Shown here one piece after another: positions 56,850-64,000 of a stretch of DNA of 64,000 nt. The position numbers and the translations under genes were made by a program. The stretch is from Planctomycetaceae bacterium (GTDB lineage: Bacteria; Planctomycetota; Phycisphaerae; Phycisphaerales; SM1A02), in contig JAJTGL010000003.1 of NCBI GenBank assembly GCA_021297795.1, positions 40,370 through 104,369 of the forward strand, written 5' to 3'. Numbering within the stretch: position 1 is the first letter of the stretch; the number at the start of each line of letters is the position of its first letter. Below the pieces are notes generated by a model, which saw only the letters and a program-made list of their open reading frames with translations, ran no database searches and was not told the DNA's origin.

Positions 56850-57803
56850 ATGGCCGCGAGCATGAGCCTCCACACGGGCATCGACATCACGACCGCGCTC
56901 TCCCTGCTGATCGCCCTCCTCGTCGCGCTTGGCTCGCCGCTGGTCGGATGCGCCGCAACGGGCGATCGAAAGGCCCATGCGCCAGGCCCGGACAGCGAGG
57001 CAGCCGCCGAACGAGCGAACTGGCACGCAAGGCGACTCGCCAGCCTTTCCGCCGAGGATGGCTGGCTGACACTTGTGGGCCTCGACTTCCTCACCGATGG
57101 AACCCACCGCATCGGTCACGGCGACTCGTGCGAGTTCCGCTACGCGAACCTCACGGCGCCAATGATTGGCACTTTCCTGGTGGAAGGAACACAGGTGCGG
57201 TTCCGCGCCGAGTCGGCCGATGTGCTGCTCGATGGCTCACCAGTCACCGGCGAGTTCGCGCTTGTCGCCGACGATGCGGGTGCGCCGTCGGTCCTCCGCA
57301 ACGGTTCGCTCTCGATCACGCTGGTGCGTCGCAACGGCGCCCTCGCCCTCCGCGTGCGTGACAACGCCAGTCCCGTACGAACCGCATTCCGCGGAATCGA
57401 GCTCTTCCCGCACGACCCCGCCCTCGCGGTCGAGGGTCGCGTGCTCCCCGCTGCCAGCGGCGAGACCGTGGCCATCGCGAACGTGACCGGTTTCGTCGAG
57501 GAGACGCCGATCGCCGCACGGGTTCGATTCGCACTCGCCGGGACCACACACGAATTCGTCGCGACGGCGGGTGCGAATGGACGGCTCTTCGTCGTCTTCG
57601 GCGATTCGACCAATGGGCGCGACACCTACGGCGGCGGGCGGTTCCTCGATCTCCCGGCGCCGGTCGACGGCTGCACGACCGTCGACTTCAACCGCGCCAC
57701 CAACCCTCCCTGCGCCTTCACCGCCTTCGCGACCTGCCCGACCCCGCCCGCAGGGAACCGGCTCCCCGTTGCCGTTCGCGGCGGCGAGCGCGCGCCGAAG
57801 TGA
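56850..57803 (+). CDS. DUF1684-family lipoprotein
   Basis: The lipobox is LVGC. The C-terminal NPPCAFTAFATCPTPPAGNRLPVAVRGGE matches the DUF1684 NP.CA....CP.PP..N.L signature. Confidence 0.8.
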   Translation: MAASMSLHTGIDITTALSLLIALLVALGSPLVGCAATGDRKAHAPGPDSEAAAERANWHARRLASLSAEDGWLTLVGLDFLTDGTHRIGHGDSCEFRYANLTAPMIGTFLVEGTQVRFRAESADVLLDGSPVTGEFALVADDAGAPSVLRNGSLSITLVRRNGALALRVRDNASPVRTAFRGIELFPHDPALAVEGRVLPAASGETVAIANVTGFVEETPIAARVRFALAGTTHEFVATAGANGRLFVVFGDSTNGRDTYGGGRFLDLPAPVDGCTTVDFNRATNPPCAFTAFATCPTPPAGNRLPVAVRGGERAPK

Positions 57804-58000
57804 GCGTCACCGCACATGCGCGGAAGGCCATGGCGGCCCGGTGGGTCGATGGCGTCGCCGGATTTTTCCTCCACATGCTGAGAGATCGCCTCGCCTCCTC
57901 CGGATGACCCGGGGGTGCGTCCTCGTCCGGATGCCCCGCCGCCCCGTCAGGTTCCCGGAGGTCGTTCCACCGGAGCCTGCGGACCCAAGAGGAGCTCAAG

Positions 58001-59104
58001 ATGCGATCGATCATCGTCGGAGGCGGCGTCGCCGGCTGCGCCATGGCAGCGGCCCTCGGCAGGACCACGATGTCCTCCTCAGCCACGATCGTCGAGCGTC
58101 GCCTTCCGGGCGCATCCGCGGGGATGGGGTTCATCCTGCTCCCGAACGGGCTCGCAGCGCTCGACGAACTTGCACCTGGGATCGACTGGAGCGATGCCGG
58201 CCACTGGATCACCCGGGCCTCGCTGCGCTCCGCCGATGGCGCCGTGCTCTCCGAGCACGCGCTCGAGCCCTCCCTCTGCGTCTCGCGCCATCGATTCCTC
58301 CGCACGCTGCATGAGCTGGCCAGCGCGGATGGGCGCACGCGGTTCGTCGATGGCGCCTCGGTCGAAGGCTACGAGCGCGACACCGAAGGGCTGGGCCGCG
58401 CCGTGCATCTCGCCGATGGCGCGCGGCTCGAAGGCGAGGTCTTCTTTGGTTGCGACGGTGCGCGCTCCCGCTTCCGCAGCATGCTCTTCCCCGATGCGGA
58501 GCTTTCCGACGCGGCGGTGCACGAGCTCGTGTCCGTCGCGGAGGCCCCCGAGCTTGCGCGCGCACTCGGGTCGACCTTTCGGAAGTTCCACGACCCGCGC
58601 GGAGGCCTCGCCGTCGGGATGATCGCGGAGGGTGCGGGTCGCGTCGTGTGGTTCATCCAGATGGACGCGCGGATGTACCGCGTACGCGGCACGTCTGCGG
58701 ACGCCTTCGCATCCTTCGCAGATGCCGTGCTGACCGACTGGCCGGCGGAGGTGCTCGAGGCGATCGCGTGCACCGACTTCAGCCGCTCGCATCTCTGGCA
58801 AACGCGCGACCTCCCGCCACTTGCGCAACTGGCGTCGTCGAACGCCGTCCTCCTCGGCGACGCCGCGCATGCGTGTCTGCCGTTCACAAGCCAAGGCGCG
58901 AACGGCGCGCTTGTCGACGCGGCGTTGCTTGGAAGGCTGCTTCGCGATACGCGAACGCAGGAAGAGGTGATGCGCGCCTTCGACGAGTACACGCGTCTTC
59001 GCGGACCCCACCACCGAAGGCTGTTTCTGGAGGGACGACGACTTCGCGATGCGTTTCTCGCACCCGTCGATGCGCAAGGTCCGTTGCTGCCGTTGGTTGC
59101 ATGA
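58001..59104 (+). CDS. FAD-dependent aromatic-ring monooxygenase (UbiH/salicylate-hydroxylase-like)
   Basis: IIVGGGVAGCAMAAAL (GxGxxG), FGCDGARS (DG motif) and LLGDAAHACLPFTSQGANGALVDA (GD motif) are present. aagaggag lies upstream of the ATG. Confidence 0.8.
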   Translation: MRSIIVGGGVAGCAMAAALGRTTMSSSATIVERRLPGASAGMGFILLPNGLAALDELAPGIDWSDAGHWITRASLRSADGAVLSEHALEPSLCVSRHRFLRTLHELASADGRTRFVDGASVEGYERDTEGLGRAVHLADGARLEGEVFFGCDGARSRFRSMLFPDAELSDAAVHELVSVAEAPELARALGSTFRKFHDPRGGLAVGMIAEGAGRVVWFIQMDARMYRVRGTSADAFASFADAVLTDWPAEVLEAIACTDFSRSHLWQTRDLPPLAQLASSNAVLLGDAAHACLPFTSQGANGALVDAALLGRLLRDTRTQEEVMRAFDEYTRLRGPHHRRLFLEGRRLRDAFLAPVDAQGPLLPLVA

Positions 59105-59396
59105 GCCTCATCCCCCGCGCAGGAACGGCCTGCAATCTTCCGGTCGATCGACCGATTTCGAATCTTCCCTGAACCGCTCCGCAACCGGCCGCGAAAGGCT
59201 CCTCGCTGGCGGGCCACGACTGAGAAGACGCAGGAACTCGATGCAGACTCCGACGACCACGCCGACGCCGACGACGACGACCACGCCGACGACCACGCCA
59301 GCGCACACGTCCCCGCTCGCGTCGACGCCACCGACAACCCATGGACTCAGGCCAACCGGACCTGTGCATGTGCGGGCCGCGCTTGCCAGCCAGTCG

Positions 59397-60587
59397 ATGC
59401 CCGACTTCGATGCTCTTCGAAAGCGCGCGTTCAATCTGCGCTGGGCCGAATGTCCGCCGGACGTGATTCCGCTCACCGCGGCCGATCCCGACCTGCCGGT
59501 CTCTCCGGCGATCACGAACGCGATCGCGCGCTACGTCGCGACTCCGCATCTCCCGTACGGCCCGCCCGCGGGCCTTCCCGACTTTCGCAACGCGCTCGCC
59601 GCACACTTCGCACGGACGAAGTCGGCCGACGTCGACCCGTCGCGCGTGATCGCGACCAACTCGGCCGCGAGCGCGATCGCACTCGTTGCGCGCGCACTCC
59701 TTCGCCCGGGTGACGAGGTCATCGTGCAGGATCCCGTCGATTTCCTTGTCGCGGAAAGCGTGCGGCGAGCGGGCGCCACCGCGCGCTTCTGGACGGCGTG
59801 CGACGGACGCTTCACCGCGGAGGGCCTCGAGAAGGCCCTGCAGGCTCCCGGCGCGGGAGCCTCGACGAGCATGAACTCGCGCGTCCGCGCGATCTTCGTC
59901 TGCCATCCGCACAACCCGATGGGAACGCTCTGGTCGGCCGCCGAGGTGCGCGCGATCGCCAACATCGCCTCCGAGCGCGGCATCGCGATCGTCTCCGACG
60001 AAGTGTGGTCCGACGTCGTTCTCGACGGACGCCAGTTCCGCTCGTTCGCGGCGCACGGATCGGATGATTGCCACGCATGGGTCGTGCACGGCATGTCGAA
60101 GGGCTTCGCGATGGCCGGGCTGCGCATGGGTGCGGTGATCGCGCCCGATCGCGCGGCCGCCGACGCATTCGTTTCCTCGCAGGGCTTTGCGCACACGATC
60201 GAGGGGGCCTCGACGCTCTCGCAGATCGCGGCGATCGCGGCACTGCGAGAGTGCGAAGCATGGCGCGCCGGCTTCCTCACCCACTGCGCACGCATGCGCG
60301 ACGTCGTTTCGCGACGGATCTCGAAGCTGAAGGGCGTCGCCGTGCGCCGCGCACCCGAGGCGACGTTCGTCCTCTTCGCCGATGTGTCGGCGACGGGAAT
60401 CGCGGAGGAAGAACTCGCGCGGCGGATCGAACGGATCGCACGCGTCCGCGTGGTGCCTGGAAGCCCGCGCTGGTTCGGATCGGCCGCAGCCGGCCACGTG
60501 CGCCTCAGCCTCGCGACCACCCATGAGGTGCTCGACGAGGCGCTCACGCGCATCGAGGTGTCCTGGCGCGAGATCCTCGCGGGTTGA
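59397..60587 (+). CDS. PLP-dependent aminotransferase class I/II (MalY/PatB-like C-S lyase)
   Basis: MPDFDALRKRAFNLRW, PLTAADPDLP, HNPMGT and GMSKGFAMAGLRMG (PLP Lys context) are present. I prefer the ATG at 59397. An upstream in-frame ATG at 59241 would add a Thr/Pro-rich 52-aa extension. Confidence 0.8.
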   Translation: MPDFDALRKRAFNLRWAECPPDVIPLTAADPDLPVSPAITNAIARYVATPHLPYGPPAGLPDFRNALAAHFARTKSADVDPSRVIATNSAASAIALVARALLRPGDEVIVQDPVDFLVAESVRRAGATARFWTACDGRFTAEGLEKALQAPGAGASTSMNSRVRAIFVCHPHNPMGTLWSAAEVRAIANIASERGIAIVSDEVWSDVVLDGRQFRSFAAHGSDDCHAWVVHGMSKGFAMAGLRMGAVIAPDRAAADAFVSSQGFAHTIEGASTLSQIAAIAALRECEAWRAGFLTHCARMRDVVSRRISKLKGVAVRRAPEATFVLFADVSATGIAEEELARRIERIARVRVVPGSPRWFGSAAAGHVRLSLATTHEVLDEALTRIEVSWREILAG

Positions 60588-60629
60588 ACAAGCCCGGCCT
60601 TCCTCGGGCCGCACACACGGCCCCCGTGC

Positions 60630-61127
60630 TCACGGCGCGAAGTCGACGATGTACGACTTCCGCCACTTCGGTCGCCACTCGCGCACGAGATCCTGATGGA
60701 TCGGATGCTCGAGATAGGCCTTGTAGTCCTCGATCGAATCGAACTGCACGATGATGCCGAGGTCGTAGTCGCGGCTCACGTTCGCACGACCGATGTCGAC
60801 CGGCGTGCCGCAGACGTAGCCCTTCACCATTGGAATGCGCGGAAGCATCGCATCGCTCGCCGCCCGCATCGCGGGGATGTCGGCGTCGTCGGCCAGATCG
60901 ACCAGCACCACATGCTGCAGCTTCGCGGGCATGGCGGGGAGCGTCGGAGCCGATTGCACGCCGCCGGAGGAGCCCGACGGCCCCATCGGCGAAGGCGTGC
61001 TCCCGCAGGATGCGGGGATGATGGCGACGACACCGGCGATCGCCAACGCCCGCAGGCCGTGAGCGGCGCGGACGGCGGAAACGACGGAAACGACGGAATG
61101 CACGGCGTGATCGGATGCGCTCGACAT
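60630..61127 (-). CDS. Dabb (stress-responsive alpha/beta-barrel) domain lipoprotein
   Basis: There is a signal/lipobox-like IIPASCGS. LQHVVLVDL...KGYVCG...DYDLGIIVQFDSIEDYKAYLEHPIHQ is the Dabb pattern. Confidence 0.7.
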   Translation of the reverse strand: MSSASDHAVHSVVSVVSAVRAAHGLRALAIAGVVAIIPASCGSTPSPMGPSGSSGGVQSAPTLPAMPAKLQHVVLVDLADDADIPAMRAASDAMLPRIPMVKGYVCGTPVDIGRANVSRDYDLGIIVQFDSIEDYKAYLEHPIHQDLVREWRPKWRKSYIVDFAP

Positions 61128-61175
61128 GACGTCAGCGTAGCGACGGACGCCGATCGCGTGGCACTCCGGCCTCGG

Positions 61176-61895
61176 TCACTCGGTGGCGCGCAGCGCCTCG
61201 ATGCGATCGGATTCCTGCGGTGCGTGGCGCTCGACGACATCCGCGAGCACACGGCCGAGCGCATCGCGATCGGCGAGGTTGACGCGCTTCGCCGCGGCGA
61301 ATGCCGCTGCGCGCGGAGCCTGTGCGACGACGCCCGCAGCGGCGGCCTTCGTGGCCTCCGCCTCGATCCACGCCGCATCCACGCGCTCCGGGAGTTCCGG
61401 TGTGGCGAACCAGATGCGCGCGGTGGCGGGGTCGCCGGCGCGCTTCGTGCCATCCTCGGCGCGTTCGATCCACTCGGGCACCACCACGACGAGCACGCCG
61501 GTACCGATGCCGGTGTTGATGCGCTCCGCGGTCTGCCCTCCGACGAGGAGCACGGGCTCCGCGACCTGGCGCGGAATGAGGTACGCCTCGGGCGCGCGGA
61601 TCACGAGGATGTGACCGCGCGTGTACTCGGCGCGGTCCTTCCGCATGTTGTGCTCGAAGGGCGTCGTCAGTTCGAAGGGAATGACCTCCACGAGCTCGGT
61701 GACCGAGGCGGGCGTCGCGGGCATCGCCGGCATGCCGCGCTCCTGTGCGGGCGGCTTCGGCGGAGGCGCGACCTCCTGCGTCTGGGCGCTGGCGGCGGTG
61801 GCCGCGATCGCCGCGAGGGCGATGCACGCGACGCTGCGCGCACGGGACGTCGATCGCGGAGTGTTCCTGATGGTCGATTCGGTGTGGTCGTTCAT
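61176..61895 (-). CDS. hypothetical secreted protein
   Basis: There is a signal peptide (CIALAAIAATAASAQ). GC3 bias is good. The start is the ATG at 61895, inside the composite track ORF 61176..63533. I recognise no family. Confidence 0.5.
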   Translation of the reverse strand: MNDHTESTIRNTPRSTSRARSVACIALAAIAATAASAQTQEVAPPPKPPAQERGMPAMPATPASVTELVEVIPFELTTPFEHNMRKDRAEYTRGHILVIRAPEAYLIPRQVAEPVLLVGGQTAERINTGIGTGVLVVVVPEWIERAEDGTKRAGDPATARIWFATPELPERVDAAWIEAEATKAAAAGVVAQAPRAAAFAAAKRVNLADRDALGRVLADVVERHAPQESDRIEALRATE

Positions 61896-62002
61896 GGCGT
61901 TCGTCTCTCGTGCATCTCTGTCGGATGCACTCCTCATCGCGCACGATGGGGATGCAGGATGTTTCGTGGTGGACTGACTTCGTGAGGCGATCCGGTCCGA
62001 TG

Positions 62003-64000
62003 TCACTCGCGCTCGATCTGCAGATCGTCGATCACGAGCCGGCCCTGGGCGGAGCCGCTGCTCGAACCGAAGAGGAGCTGCACCGACGCGATGCGTGAGA
62101 GATCCACGTTGCTCGCGCCGGCACGGAAGGCCGAGAGCGGGATGCGGATCGCCTCCATCGCGTTCTGCCAGCCGGTGCCGGTGCCGTAGCCGGTGCGCTG
62201 GTACGGCTCCTCGACGCCGCCCGAGAGACCCGCGATCGACAGGGCCTGCTCGTTGCCGTCGAGATCGATGAGCCGAACGCTGAAGACGACATCGCCGAGG
62301 AGCGCGATCGTCTGCGGGTGGCGGGTCCCCTGCGCGGCGCGCAGCGCGAGGAACCGTCCCTGCGTGAAGTCGCTCTGCGCGGCCGGGACGGTCCACGTGA
62401 TCGACGAGTCGATCGTCCAGTTGAAGACGAACGTGCGTCCCGTGTCGCTGGTCCGGCCGCGGGTGGCGCCGTTCATCGGATCGGTCGTCGCCCACGTGAA
62501 GGCGGTGTTGTTGTCGTTGTGCAGCGCTTCGGCCTCGTTCGCGACGCCGGCCAGCGCGACCGAGCCACCAGAGCTCGAGGTGCTCGTCGTGGTGTTCGTC
62601 TGGAAGTTGTCGAGCACGATGCGGTTCGCGACCGCGGGGTTCCACTCGTTGATCACGACCGTCGTCGCGGCGATCGATGGCGCTCGGATGCTCTCGTACT
62701 GACGCCAGAGGTACTCCTCGGCGCAGCGGTCGTCCTCCACCACGCGACGGATCATCGCGAGCGACACCGCCTTCGCCACATCCTGCGCCTCGGCGTTGCT
62801 GATCGCCGTGCCCGCCGGACCAGCGAAATCGTTGAAACCACAGCAGTTGAAGTCGTTGTGATCGGCGCCGTGCACGTAGGTCGACTGGCGCAGTCCCTCG
62901 GCGCGCTCGAAGATGTTGAAGCTGTCGGGGATGTCGGAGTCGGGGCAGCCGCAGACATCGCCGTCGGCGGCGCCGTAGAGCAGCATGAACGGGACTCCGT
63001 GCGGGTTCGCACTGGCCGTACCGAGGAAGTCGGTCGGTGCGATCGAGATGAGCAGACGGACGTCGGCGATCTGGTAGTTCGGCGAGGTGAAGGTGCCATC
63101 GAACAGACGGTCGTATCCGCGCGCGATGCCCTCGCCGCCGCGCGAGTGGCCGATCCACACGATGCGGTCGCCGTCGACCCGTCCGTTGAGGACGCCCGCG
63201 CCGATGGTCGCGAGCTGCGCGAGGAAGCTCTCCGTGTGCTCGAGGGTCGTGGTCGACGCGGTCTCGATGCCGGGCACCGTGTCGTTCTGGTGGCTCATCA
63301 CCACATAGCCCCAGCTCGCGAGATGGTTGCCGAGGTAGTCGTACCACGCGTAGTTGTGACCGTTTCCGTGCGAGATGACGACGAGCGGCCGCACACCGAG
63401 CGCGGCGATCGCGGTCGGGTAGTAGATGCGCTCGAGCTCCATCGAATCGATGATGTCGGCATCGTTGACGTCGTAGCTGGCGATCTGGGTCACGGCGTAC
63501 GGGCCGGCCGCGGCGAGGTCCTTCACCAGCCACATGCCGGGCGCATCGCCACCACCGTCGACCAGATCGCCGCCATCGAGCACGCCGTCGCGATCGGCGT
63601 CGATCACGACGTCGAGCCCGCGTCCCGGGCTCAGGTCAGCGCTCCCGGCGACCGCCGAAACGGTCAGGCTGAACGCCTGCGTCGCGAGGGTGCTCGGAAG
63701 GGTGACCGTCTGCGGTGTGCCTCGGACGTCGGTGAGGCTCGGGTTGGCCGCCCATTGCGCGGCGGTGCGGTTCTCGACGAGGTAGACGTCGGCCACCTGC
63801 CCCGCAAGGTCCGGGAACCGAATCGGATCGACCGCCGCGAAGGCCGGTCCTCCGACGTTGAAGCTGTCGAAGTGGAACGCGAACGGCGCGCTGGCGGCCG
63901 ACACGCAGGAGAGCGGGGTCTCGATCGGCGTCGACGGCGCGCAGGTCCCCCATGCTCCAAGGAGGATGGTCAGGTCCTCGGCGTCGACCGTACCGGAGGC
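62003..64000 (-). CDS. secreted alpha/beta hydrolase with C-terminal beta-rich module; the 5' end runs off the window
   Basis: VVISHGNGHNY and WIGHSRGGEG (GxSxG nucleophile elbow) are present. The frame stays open upstream of the listed GTG at 63904 to the window edge. There it encodes a dockerin-like ...VDAEDLTILLGAWGTC segment, so the true start lies beyond 64000. Confidence 0.65.
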   Translation of the reverse strand, partial: ASGTVDAEDLTILLGAWGTCAPSTPIETPLSCVSAASAPFAFHFDSFNVGGPAFAAVDPIRFPDLAGQVADVYLVENRTAAQWAANPSLTDVRGTPQTVTLPSTLATQAFSLTVSAVAGSADLSPGRGLDVVIDADRDGVLDGGDLVDGGGDAPGMWLVKDLAAAGPYAVTQIASYDVNDADIIDSMELERIYYPTAIAALGVRPLVVISHGNGHNYAWYDYLGNHLASWGYVVMSHQNDTVPGIETASTTTLEHTESFLAQLATIGAGVLNGRVDGDRIVWIGHSRGGEGIARGYDRLFDGTFTSPNYQIADVRLLISIAPTDFLGTASANPHGVPFMLLYGAADGDVCGCPDSDIPDSFNIFERAEGLRQSTYVHGADHNDFNCCGFNDFAGPAGTAISNAEAQDVAKAVSLAMIRRVVEDDRCAEEYLWRQYESIRAPSIAATTVVINEWNPAVANRIVLDNFQTNTTTSTSSSGGSVALAGVANEAEALHNDNNTAFTWATTDPMNGATRGRTSDTGRTFVFNWTIDSSITWTVPAAQSDFTQGRFLALRAAQGTRHPQTIALLGDVVFSVRLIDLDGNEQALSIAGLSGGVEEPYQRTGYGTGTGWQNAMEAIRIPLSAFRAGASNVDLSRIASVQLLFGSSSGSAQGRLVIDDLQIERE

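Noticed and set aside
59241-59396. Thr/Pro-rich N-terminal extension (MQTPTTTPTPTTTTTPTTTP...) on the aminotransferase.
   Set aside because: MalY/PatB-type enzymes start with the M..FD....R.....W motif found at 59397. Third-position G/C bias decays in the second half of the extension. It is kept as an alternative start only.

Overview
This is a very GC-rich bacterial chromosomal segment; third codon positions of credible genes are almost all G/C. I count about 55 protein-coding genes on both strands, and most are housekeeping. They include lysS (partial), pfkA, plsY, purB, manA, atpD, an iscS-iscU-iscA cluster, panC, a polyprenyl synthase, hutI, map, sthA, a UvrD/PcrA helicase, dcd and a class II ribonucleotide reductase. 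Interspersed are many secreted or lipoprotein enzymes: an S1-like peptidase, an M14 carboxypeptidase, a prolyl oligopeptidase, an alpha/beta hydrolase, an SGNH hydrolase and a ChaN-like protein. Regulatory genes include an ECF sigma/anti-sigma pair, an ECF-like sigma coupled to a Ser/Thr kinase plus a paralogous sigma, a STAS protein and a SixA-like phosphatase. Kinase-linked ECF-like sigmas, dockerin-like D-x-D-G-x-G...WG repeats on secreted enzymes and an Hc1-type histone-like protein suggest Planctomycetota, possibly Phycisphaerae-like; this is inference only. I found no rRNA, tRNA, transposase, integrase or CRISPR array. Many long ORFs in the supplied track are antisense or out-of-frame shadow ORFs typical of high-GC DNA, and several real genes start well inside their listed ORF. 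The most unusual items are listed here:
- An almost charge-free Asn/Trp/Gly/Phe-rich repeat gene split by a +1 frameshift.
- A lower-GC two-gene island encoding a coiled-coil/YD-like anchored protein and a GYF-domain membrane protein.
- A roughly 770-nt hairpin-rich non-coding stretch that ends in a strong intrinsic terminator after nrdJ.
- A roughly 940-nt non-coding gap upstream of dcd.
- A family of about 53-bp REP-like elements.
- A triple perfect hairpin between iscS and iscU.
- A secreted protein built from a repeated Cys-rich module.
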